This document shows positions 30,735-39,546 of a stretch of 64,000 nucleotides of DNA, piece by piece. The position numbers and the translations under genes were made by a program. Every line of letters begins with the position of its first letter. The first letter of the stretch is position 1. The notes beneath the pieces are model-generated. The model was not told the origin of the DNA and made no database searches. It saw only the letters and a program-made list of their open reading frames with translations. Source of the DNA: a bacterium (GTDB lineage Bacteria > UBA8248); assembly GCA_965207065.1 (NCBI GenBank), contig OZ242260.1, positions 1,376,001 to 1,440,000 on the forward strand. The letters run 5' to 3'.

Positions 30735-32006
30735 CTACTTGATGACCGCGTTGATCCGCTTGCAGGCGTCCCCCATGGCCTGCTTCGCGCTCTTTTTCTT
30801 CTGCAGGTAGTTGATGACTTCCTTCGAAGTGGCGTCGCTTATCTCGGACGCGCGCGGATGCTGCGCCGCGCCGCTGCCTCGGCTGATGGCGGTCAGCCAC
30901 GCCTTCGCCACCGGGAACTTCTTCAAGTAGTCCGCGTTGTTGTAGACCGAACTGCGCACGGGGCCGTTCGCCCACTGCAGGGCGCCCCGGAGCTGGTTCT
31001 TCTTGTTGGAGAGCGCCATCATGAGCTCCCAGGCCGCCGCCTTGTTCTTGCTCTTCTTGTCCATGACGAGGTGCCAGCCGCCGTTCAGCGTGGCGCCCCG
31101 GTTCTTGCCGTCCAACGAGGGGACGAGGAAATAGCCCAGCTTGTCCGCCGTCTTGGACTTCTTGGGGTTGGTCATCAGGCCCCAGTAGGGGGAGAAGTAG
31201 ACCCCCATGGCGGCGCGGCCCTGCATCATGGCGGTGCGGTACTCGTCCCGGCCCCAGGCCAGCATGTCGGGCGGGGACCAGCCGCTGCGGAACGGCTTGC
31301 CGAATACCTCGAGCAGCCTGATCGAATCGGCGCGATCCAGCAGGCAGGTCTTGTTGTCGGCGGAGAGCACGCCGTGGCCCGAACTGTGGAGATAGCGCAG
31401 GAAGTCCTGCTCCACGTGGACGCCCGGTTTTCCGCGCTGGACGACGCCGTAGACCTTGCCGGGCTGGTTCAGCTTCTCGGCCGCGGCGAGAAACTCGTCC
31501 CAGGTCTTGGGAATCGAGACTTTGGCCGCCGCGAAGAGGTCCTTTCGGTAGTAGACGATTCCGGTCCCCGTCCGGTAGGGAACGCCGTAGGCGGGCCCTT
31601 TAGGCTTGGGGAAGCGGGTGGTGCCCGAGAGGGCGGGGATGAGGTCCCCGTAGTCGTAGCCTTTGGGCGCGCTCTTGATGTAGCTGTCCAGCGGCTCCAA
31701 AAAACCTATCGTCTCGGGGTTGACCCAGGCGTCCACCCAGGACACCACGTCGAACTGCCCGCCTCCGGCCGCGAAGGAGAGCACCGCCTTGTCCTTGATT
31801 TTCCCGTAGGGTGTGGTGACCACGGTCACCTTGATGCCCTTTTCCTTCTCTAAGTCGGCCACGACGCCCTTGGGACCCCCCGCCGCCTTGAACAGGGTCG
31901 GGTGGATGAGGAGCGTGACATTCTTGGCCGCCGCGGCGGGCAATGCGAGCCCCGCCACAAAAGCGGCCACGGCGATAATACATAGCCAGCGTCTGGAACG
32001 TTTCAT
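30735..32006 (-). CDS. Sugar ABC transporter substrate-binding protein
   Basis: Signal peptide, YYRKDLF, PKTWDEF, GGWHL; start MKRSRR after AGGAGGAG. Confidence 0.9.
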   Translation of the reverse strand: MKRSRRWLCIIAVAAFVAGLALPAAAAKNVTLLIHPTLFKAAGGPKGVVADLEKEKGIKVTVVTTPYGKIKDKAVLSFAAGGGQFDVVSWVDAWVNPETIGFLEPLDSYIKSAPKGYDYGDLIPALSGTTRFPKPKGPAYGVPYRTGTGIVYYRKDLFAAAKVSIPKTWDEFLAAAEKLNQPGKVYGVVQRGKPGVHVEQDFLRYLHSSGHGVLSADNKTCLLDRADSIRLLEVFGKPFRSGWSPPDMLAWGRDEYRTAMMQGRAAMGVYFSPYWGLMTNPKKSKTADKLGYFLVPSLDGKNRGATLNGGWHLVMDKKSKNKAAAWELMMALSNKKNQLRGALQWANGPVRSSVYNNADYLKKFPVAKAWLTAISRGSGAAQHPRASEISDATSKEVINYLQKKKSAKQAMGDACKRINAVIK

Positions 32007-32058
32007 CGTTTCTCCTCCTTTTTCTGGGTGACCGGATGATGCGAATTCCAAGGAGCGG

Positions 32059-33444
32059 TTACACGACCGCTCCATCCTGGCGAAGCTTCTCCCGCAGGGG
32101 CTCGACCGGCAGCTCGCGCGGGGTCGTCCTGCGCTCCACGCACATGGCCGCCGCCGTACCCGCCGCCTGCCCGATGGTCATGATGTGGGCCTGGTTGCGG
32201 ACGGAGCCGTTCGCGAAGCGATCACTCGAGACGGGCCGGCCCGCCACGAGGCAGTTCTCGATTTTCTGCGGGAGCATGATGCCGTAGGGGATGCCGTAGG
32301 ACTCGCCGTCCCGGATGTGCTTGTGCTCGATCACGCCGGTGGGCTGGTGGACGTCCAGGCAGTAGGCCCCCTGGCCGATGTCGCGCGGCCCCTTCCGCGC
32401 CTCGACGCAGTCCTCGGTGGTGAGGGTCTCCTCGCCGATGATGCGGCGCGTCTCGCGCACCCCGATGGCCGAGGCCGAGTCCATCACGTAGCAATCCTCG
32501 AAGCCGGGCGCGTATTTGCGGTAGAAATCGCGCACCTTGAATACCTGCTCGCGGCCCTCGATGGCGACCTGGTTCAGGTCATCGTTGTCGACGCCGCTGT
32601 AGCCCAGCATGCTCGTCGAGTTGATGGTGACCACGCCGGGGATGTTGGTGATGGAGAACACCACCCGCTGTCTGTTCGGGTGAAACTCCCCGCGCGACTG
32701 GGCGAGCTTGACCGACTCGTAATAGCCGGTCACGAGGGGGTAGTCCTTGTGGGTGCGGAGACCTGCGGCGATCTCCTCGCGGCTCTTCCCGATGTAGGGG
32801 TCCTCGCCGAGCATGAAATTCGTCGGGTTGGCCTTCACGTGCTGGAGGTGGCGGTCGAGGTCCACGTTCCCCATCCGGGAGAAGAGGCTGATGGACATCA
32901 TCTTCCCCTCTTCGTCACCGAGGTGGAAGGGCGCGCCCGCCTGCGCTGCGATGTCCGCGTCCCCGCTCGCGTCGATGACGACCTGCGCGCGGATCTCGCT
33001 CTCCCCGCTCTTGTTCACGATGCGCGCGCCGGCCACCCGGTCGCCGTCCATGACGGGGCCGATGGTGTAGGTGTTCAGCACGAGGTCGACGCCCGCCTCC
33101 AGGCAGAGCTTCTGGTTCACGAGCTTGAGCACCTCGCCGTCCTGGGGCGTCACGGAGTAGGAGTTGCCATAAGCGTTGTGGAGGTGGCCCTCGGGAAAGG
33201 CGCCGCCCAGCCGGATGAGTTCGTCCACGATCTCCTGGGGGATGCCGTTGCAGATCTGCTCCCCCTTCATGTTGTGGAAGGTGAGGAAGTTGCCGAGAAG
33301 GCCCGCAGTGGCGTTGCCCCCGAGGAAGGCGTAGCGATCCGTGAGGACGGTTCGCGCTCCACCCCGCGCCGCGGCGACCGCGGCGCATACCCCGGCCATG
33401 CCCGCTCCGACTACGAGAACGTCGACGTTGCTCCTGTCCGCCAT
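32059..33444 (-). CDS. FAD-dependent oxidoreductase
   Basis: DVLVVGAGMAG, LGGNATAG, IDASGDAD, GVRETRRI, GQAAGTAAA. Confidence 0.9.
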   Translation of the reverse strand: MADRSNVDVLVVGAGMAGVCAAVAAARGGARTVLTDRYAFLGGNATAGLLGNFLTFHNMKGEQICNGIPQEIVDELIRLGGAFPEGHLHNAYGNSYSVTPQDGEVLKLVNQKLCLEAGVDLVLNTYTIGPVMDGDRVAGARIVNKSGESEIRAQVVIDASGDADIAAQAGAPFHLGDEEGKMMSISLFSRMGNVDLDRHLQHVKANPTNFMLGEDPYIGKSREEIAAGLRTHKDYPLVTGYYESVKLAQSRGEFHPNRQRVVFSITNIPGVVTINSTSMLGYSGVDNDDLNQVAIEGREQVFKVRDFYRKYAPGFEDCYVMDSASAIGVRETRRIIGEETLTTEDCVEARKGPRDIGQGAYCLDVHQPTGVIEHKHIRDGESYGIPYGIMLPQKIENCLVAGRPVSSDRFANGSVRNQAHIMTIGQAAGTAAAMCVERRTTPRELPVEPLREKLRQDGAVV

Positions 33445-33544
33445 GGGTGTCTCCTATATGCCGGTCAATTCATGAAGAATCTACCAGTTGAATTGATAAT
33501 TCCCCTCCGGAACCACTCCCTTGGGCTTCTCTCACTCCTCCTTT

Positions 33545-33735
33545 GGGGTTGTTGAAAAAGAACCTGTTGGGCCGGGTTGCCAACTGGCGTGTAGGTCGGA
33601 CATATATGTCCGACATATATGCGGCCCACATGCCGCGTACAAACCGGGTCGCATATATACGACCCCTACAAAATCAACTCCATTCGCCAGACCCTTCTCG
33701 TCAAACGCAATCACAGGGGGGTCTTCAACAACCCC
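33545..33735. repeat. MITE-like element with 12-bp TIRs enclosing a GTAG REP doublet
   Basis: GGGGTTGTTGAA ... TTCAACAACCCC; inside are GTAG-GTCGGACATATATGTCCGAC and GGGTCGCATATATACGACCC-CTAC. Confidence 0.8.
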
Positions 33736-33837
33736 CTCAAGAGGAGTGATGACTTCTCTCCTTTTCGAACCCGGAGACCGGAATCCCGCTTCCGGGTCAC
33801 GCATGCAATTCCCTTTTCTCTCGCCCGTATTGTTCAT

Positions 33838-34872
33838 CTAGTCGCGTACCGGCTTCGTTACCGCCCGGGTCTCGCCGTAGGTGGGGAAGAACAGCGTGTG
33901 GCTCCCCGGCCCCCCGGCCACGGCGATGAGAATGTTTTCCGGCCCGTCCGCTACCGGAACGGCCTCAGGCTCGGCGTCCGCGAAAAGCCCCGGACGCCTG
34001 CCGCGTACGCGCTCGGCGATCTCGGGAGAAAAACTCTTCATGGGCACGCGCCCCCCCTCGAAGAGCGCTTGCTGCACGTCTTCCCGGCCCATGCCGCCCG
34101 AGGCGAGCAGACCCAGGTGCTGGGGGCTGATGACGAGGAGCACCTCCCCGCCGCCCTGGGCGTTGTTCGAGCCGGGGTAGGCCATCGTGCCGGCGATCAT
34201 GCGCAGCACGCTCTCCGCACTCCCGCTCGCGTAATCGTTCACGTTCACCGGCGCGTCCGCCGCCACCACCGTCACCGCGCTCTGTTCCGCGCGGAATCCC
34301 CGCGTCGCGTGGAGCGGCTCCCAGCCGCAGGCCGCCTCGGCGAAACACGCGGCGTACTTGCCCCCGTGGCCGAAGGTGGCCATGTCTGTCTCGCCGGGCG
34401 CTGCCATTCCCAGCCGCACGGCGGCCAGGCGGACGGCGCGGCCGATTGTGGCGTTCGCCCGGAAGCCAGGCCCGATGCATCCGCTCCCCGAATGAACGCC
34501 TAACCGCTCGGCGATAGGCCCGTGGACGATTACCAAAGGCGAGGCGAGCTCGGTGGTCGCCTGAATGGCCAGAAAATTGAACTCGGGCTCCATGACGGCT
34601 TCGAGCGCCGCCAGGACCACAGGGAAATAAGCCGGCTTGCACCCGGCAGCCACAGCGCAGACGGACGCCTCTTCGACCGTCACCTCTTCCATGGCGGGCG
34701 CCATGATTCCCAATACGTGGCCGGAACCCTCCTGCACCGTAGAGAGGGTGGCGTCGACCGCCCTGCGCGTGGGCGGGATGAGGGGAAGGCCGTCGCCCGG
34801 CCCGTCCTCCATCATGGCTTCGAGCGTGGCCTGAGCGCCCGGCGAAAGTTCGCTCAAAAGCGCCTCTGGCAT
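33838..34872 (-). CDS. UGSC-associated large-domain protein (DGLPxxPPT family)
   Basis: DGLPLIPPT, AVAAGCKPAY, GCIGPGFRANATIGRA, VAGGPG. Confidence 0.8.
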   Translation of the reverse strand: MPEALLSELSPGAQATLEAMMEDGPGDGLPLIPPTRRAVDATLSTVQEGSGHVLGIMAPAMEEVTVEEASVCAVAAGCKPAYFPVVLAALEAVMEPEFNFLAIQATTELASPLVIVHGPIAERLGVHSGSGCIGPGFRANATIGRAVRLAAVRLGMAAPGETDMATFGHGGKYAACFAEAACGWEPLHATRGFRAEQSAVTVVAADAPVNVNDYASGSAESVLRMIAGTMAYPGSNNAQGGGEVLLVISPQHLGLLASGGMGREDVQQALFEGGRVPMKSFSPEIAERVRGRRPGLFADAEPEAVPVADGPENILIAVAGGPGSHTLFFPTYGETRAVTKPVRD

Positions 34873-34875
34873 GGC

Positions 34876-36486
34876 CTAGTCGATCTTCCGCGTCACGGAA
34901 CGGTGGTTCAGCGCGCCGGGCGCCATGAGGGAGTTCGGCCCCGCGCCGCCGTGCACCAGGATGGTGATGTCCTCCCGCTCCTCCACGATGGGAAGGGTGG
35001 CGTTCTCCATCGTGTTCACCCCGTAGAGCATCTGCTTCCAGTCGCTCCAGCGCTCCCGCGATTCGGGGGGGTAGGTATTGACCGGAATCCGGTGGACCTC
35101 GCAGAGGTAATCGCGGACGAGCTTCTTGTCGAACCCGGCTTCTGCGACCTTGTTCGCGTGGGTGGGGCCGAAGATGAGCATGATCTCGCAGCGGCCGAAC
35201 TGCGGCCGGGTGCCGGAGCAGGCGGCCACGGTGCCGAATGTGCCCAGGATGCCCTGCGCGGTGAGCGCGCTGTGGTCGTCCACCATGTGGAGGGGTTCTG
35301 CGGTGAACACCGTCACCACGCTGTCGGACTCTGAAAATCCCTTCTCCACGTGGAGCGGCTCCCAGGGGCTCTGCTCGACGTTCTCGGTGATGGCGTCGAA
35401 ATACTTTGCGAAATGGCCCTGGCAGGTGGCGCCGCGGTTTCCGAGGTCGCCGATGCAGTTGAACATGATGAGCTTGACGGCGCGGCCGACCGAGGCGTTC
35501 ACCCCCCAGCCCTGCGAACTCAAATCGCGTCCGTCGCTCATCCCGATCTCTTTAGCGATGGGGCCGCTCACCACGACGATGGGGAAAAGCGTGTGCGCCG
35601 TGGTGATGACGTGGTTGACGTGGAACTCCTCCGCCCCCATGGCCTGCACCGCCGTAACGAGGATGGGCATGGCGCCCGGCGCGCAGCCTGCCATGATGGC
35701 GTTGGCGGCGATGCGCTCCACGGTGATGTCCGCCAGCCTCGGCATGAGGCGGGCGATTATTTCATCCCCCTTGCGGCCCGAGGCCGCCACGAACCGCTCC
35801 ACCATCTCCAGTGTGGGGGGGATGACGGGAAGCCCGTCCGTCGCCCCCAGATCGAAGAGCGCCCCGTTCGCGCCGATGGGGTCTCCTGCAATCGAAAGGA
35901 CCCGCTCGATGGGATCCTCCTCGGCGACCGCATCGGCTCCCCCGTTCGCAGTGTTCATCCACTCGGCGGCGACCGAATCCACGCCGTTTTGCGCGATGTG
36001 CATCAGGGCGTCGCCGCCCTGGTGGGCCACGGTGTCATCCACCAGGAGAAGGCGGAGGTGGGGGGATTTATAGGCCTTGGCGAAGCTGCGCGCCGCCGTC
36101 TCGAACCCGTTTCCCACCACCACGACGGTGGGGACGCCGCGTTTTTCAAGCTCTGCCGAGTCGTGGACACTCCACGACGTGCAGCCCCCTCAGACCCCGA
36201 AGCCGGTTACCGCCACGTCGCAGTTGGACGCTATCTCATCGAGCGTCTCCTGCCCGGCGCCCTGGGCGGCCCAGCCCTTCTTGTGAACCAGGAGCTTCGC
36301 GTCGTGGCGCTCGGCGAAAACTTCGCCGACGTGGCTCAGAAAGTCGCCCGCGTGGGGCATGCTGTTGTCGAGGAGCGCGATGCGGAGCCCGTCCAGGCCC
36401 GTTACTGCGGCCCCTTCGGCGGGGCCGTCGTCCTGCGCTACGGCTGCGACGGGATTGATGATTTCAATTCGACTGTTTGCGTCCAT
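34876..36486 (-). CDS. Fused UGSC-family selenoprotein (UGGC; Sec at TGA 36190-36192), 536 aa
   Basis: ORFs 36190-36486 and 34876-36123 are in frame across a single TGA: VTGFGV-U-GGCTSWSVHDSAELEKRGVPTVV. Hairpin GTCGTGGA-GTG-TCCACGAC starts 11 nt after the TGA. Confidence 0.88.
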
Positions 36487-36753
36487 ACCCGAACTCCCTC
36501 CAATCTACGGGGAACACGCACTCCGCGCCATGGGGTTTAGCCGCGGTCTTCAAATCTGTTTAGATGAATCATTTATAAACGGGAATTGGTTCGGATGTCA
36601 ATGATTCAGGAGGTTCGGTGGAGTAGCGCGCCCGGCCGCGGTCAGAACTCGATCCTGAAGCCGTGGACGGGATCATGAATTGCGGCATTTACCGGTAACA
36701 TCGAAAAGACAACGGGATTGCAGGGCCGATGAAAACGGCTTGGAATATCGAAG

Positions 36754-36839
36754 TGGCGGAGGGAGAGGGATTCGAACCCCCGGAGCTTTCGCTCAGTGGT
36801 TTTCAAGACCACCGCCTTCGGCCGCTCGGCCATCCCTCC
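36754..36839 (-). tRNA. tRNA-Ser (anticodon TGA)
   Basis: GGAGGGATGGCCGAGCGG...GTGGT CTTGAAA ACCAC, long variable arm, GGTTCGAATCC, encoded CCA end. Confidence 0.95.
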
Positions 36840-37956
36840 GCGAACCCTCGCTCAGGGAAGGCTCTCACGGCATTCTAGCACGGCTTGGAGCAATTTTTCA
36901 GGATGGAGGCGGGACGCGGCGTAGTAACGGGCGGACCACTGTCTCCACCCGATTTTCGTTGTTTCTCCACCAGAAGTGTAGATTCTGGGTTCCAATTTTC
37001 AAGGAAACGACGAACAAGGACCGCAGGCATTTCTCCCGTCGTGGTCTAATGGCTCTCTTCTTCATCAGCCCCTGGGAGTGAGGGTTTGCCGCGAGAGGGC
37101 TTTGCGCCCGCCCGCCAGGGGCGGAAGGGGTCAATTCCGATCGAAGAATGAGGAATGGCCTCATTCGGGGTGCGCAAAAGGCCGCGCGGGGCGACCCCGC
37201 TCGGGACTTCCCGTCTCCGGAGGCCCCGGCCATGGTCTTCTGAGCCAAGAAGACAGAAAAACGACCGAGTTGGGTGCGCATCCGCGCGACGGAATGACGC
37301 TCCCGCTTCCGGGGCAGACAGCCCCGCATGTGGGGCCGTTGGCCCCCGCGCGGCGTATCCGGCCCGCCGCCGCCTCGTCCACGAGAGCGAGGCGACCAGC
37401 GTCCCCCGCCGGATTCGCCCGATGCTTCCAAACACCCTGAGGAAGCTCGCAACTCGAGGATGGTACCAGCGAAGGCGGCGCATTGGGGTAAAGATTGGGT
37501 AAAGAATCCGCTCCAGGCCGTCCCTAAGAGTTCCCGGGCCGGGAACCGGCCGGCTTCGGGGTGTGCGTCCACGCTACGGAGCGCTGGTCATCGCGCGAAA
37601 TGGAAAAGGATGGACGAGAGGAAGAAGTACGGGAAATCAGCCGCGCTATCTCCGGAATCGCTCCAGAATTGGCCGGCAGACCGGCAAAAATCGTTTCACG
37701 GAATTTGCTTCTCCCGGCCGGGAGCCCCCGAACGAATGGCCGACTACGCGCCTTCCGTCATCCGGCCGAAGCGCTCACCGACAGGAGGTTCATCGACAGG
37801 GTGGACGAAAAAAAACGGGCAGGAGGGTCGATTTATCCACGACGCCCATGGAACAATATTGACGGCAGCTGTAATTATACCTGATATTATTTTATATATA
37901 GTAATATCAATACTTTACATGCTAATAAAACAATCTAAATTATGAACAAAAAATAA

Positions 37957-37986
37957 TTGACATTGTGAATTGGAGAAGAATAAAAT
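37957..37986 (+). promoter_or_regulatory. Sigma70-type promoter of the RiPP precursor
   Basis: TTGACA-N18-TAAAAT preceded by an AT-rich tract, about 60 nt upstream of the ATG. Confidence 0.6.
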
Positions 37987-38043
37987 CAAAATCGTTACAT
38001 AAGAGGTTGTGTTGAACATCTAACAATTCAAAGGGGTGTAGTC

Positions 38044-38295
38044 ATGAGAAGTGGCGATGAAATGTTGAAACAGATTGTCGATAAGTCCGCCTTGGACGCA
38101 GATTTCAGGCAACAGCTGCTCGCAGACCCGAAATCGACCATCAGTCAGGAATTGGGCATCACGATCCCTGATTCGATGAATGTCGTGGTCCATGAGAGCG
38201 ACATGGAGACGGTGCATCTTGCGTTGCCCCCGGATCCGCATATCACCGAGGAGCAACTCGAAGCCGTCTCGGCCGGGCTTTGCTGCTGCTGGTAA
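38044..38295 (+). CDS. srpE: NHLP-leader (proteusin) RiPP precursor, core LCCCW
   Basis: DADFRQQLLADPK...HLALPP...ITEEQLEAVSAG|LCCCW; AG double-glycine-type cleavage site. Confidence 0.92.
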   Translation: MRSGDEMLKQIVDKSALDADFRQQLLADPKSTISQELGITIPDSMNVVVHESDMETVHLALPPDPHITEEQLEAVSAGLCCCW

Positions 38296-38359
38296 ACCCG
38301 ATTTCCGGAGAGTAGCGGGGTCAAGACGCGGAACAATTCAAATCCGCGTAGTAAAAACG

Positions 38360-38400
38360 TAAACAACTCCTCGTCCCTATCGGGATGAGGGGTTTGTTTA
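38360..38400. terminator. Probable terminator between convergent precursor and maturase operon
   Basis: TAAACAA-CTCCTCGTCCC tatc GGGATGAGG-TTTGTTTA imperfect hairpin. Confidence 0.55.
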
Positions 38401-38418
38401 TGCCCGCTTGAGACTGAT

Positions 38419-39537
38419 TTATATGGAGACCGCTCCGGAAAGCACCATGAACACATAGGCCTTGGCCTGCTTCAACTGATTTTCGGATATGACCAGCTTG
38501 ATGTGGTGAATGCCCCGCAGCAGTACGAATTGTCCGGTTTTGGCGAACAGCGTCGTCGGTTTCGATACCCAGTCGGCAAGCGCCTCGATCTTCTCCGGAA
38601 CGACAAGTTCCTCATGTCCCAGGGCTTCCAGAAACGGGTCCCAATCGGTCAGGCCGTCGAGCCAGTAACGTGAATCTTTCGTATATCTCTGCTTGACGAT
38701 GAGCGTCAGGCCGAGCGTCGGACCGACACCCTCTTCGCGCACGTCGAGGTTCGCTCCGGTTCTCACAATTTCCGCGCGTTCCTGGAAGCGTGAAATCAAA
38801 GCGTCTACGGCCGAGAGCCGACCCGGCCAGCCGATGTTCTCGAGATACGAACAGATTTCCCCCTGCGATTTGAAGCCCATGATCGCCAGGCGGATTGTGC
38901 GTTCACGGGACGGGAATACCCCGAACGAATCCAGGCGCGTGTCTTCGGGCTGCGCCAGGTAAACCCGTTCGGCGTTTTTCCGTTCAGCGGCGCTCTTTTC
39001 CCAGCCGACGGCGGAGACGAGGGCGTCAACCACGATCCCGACATCATTCTGGAGGCCGTCGCCACCGGACAGCGTGCGCTCACCGGGCCGCAGGAAGATT
39101 CCCGGCAGCGAATTATCACTGCCCGGCGCCGAACCTACGTCATACTCCAGCATCAATTTACGTCCCACGATCTCTCGCAGAGGCGAGTCCTGGGCTTCCA
39201 TTTCCCTGAACAGCCGCCTGACCGCTCTCGCGGTCTCATCCGTCTCGTCGGTCCGCGCCAGTTCTTCGAAAAAATCGCCCGAGCGGTTTCCGCTCGCCAG
39301 CGAGACGCCGAAATCCGCCACCGGCCGGCCCTCATGCAGAGGCAGCTCGAAACCGAACGGCTGGGCGCCCATGGTGATGGGAAGCCCGCTCGCGAGTTCG
39401 AGTATGCGTCCCCATTCCCGCTCTCCGATAAGAGTCGGAGAAATCCTGCTTCGAAATTGCCCGAGCAAATCTCCCATGGTGCCGCCCTCTTCGGCGAGGC
39501 GGTCCTGGGTAAGCGCGACTGCTTCGTCGATATCCAT
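38419..39537 (-). CDS. Hypothetical RiPP maturase, putative ABBA-type aromatic prenyltransferase
   Basis: FGFELPL..ADF, MLEYDV, SRERTIRL, NLDV, HHIKL...AKAY pattern; last gene of the maturase operon. Function inferred. Confidence 0.5.
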   Translation of the reverse strand: MDIDEAVALTQDRLAEEGGTMGDLLGQFRSRISPTLIGEREWGRILELASGLPITMGAQPFGFELPLHEGRPVADFGVSLASGNRSGDFFEELARTDETDETARAVRRLFREMEAQDSPLREIVGRKLMLEYDVGSAPGSDNSLPGIFLRPGERTLSGGDGLQNDVGIVVDALVSAVGWEKSAAERKNAERVYLAQPEDTRLDSFGVFPSRERTIRLAIMGFKSQGEICSYLENIGWPGRLSAVDALISRFQERAEIVRTGANLDVREEGVGPTLGLTLIVKQRYTKDSRYWLDGLTDWDPFLEALGHEELVVPEKIEALADWVSKPTTLFAKTGQFVLLRGIHHIKLVISENQLKQAKAYVFMVLSGAVSI

Positions 39538-39546
39538 GTTGCCTCC

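Noticed and set aside
36754-36839. tRNA with 'TGA' next to a selenoprotein gene as tRNA-Sec (selC)
   Set aside because: The anticodon is TGA (reads UCA, Ser); tRNA-Sec needs anticodon TCA and a longer acceptor stem.
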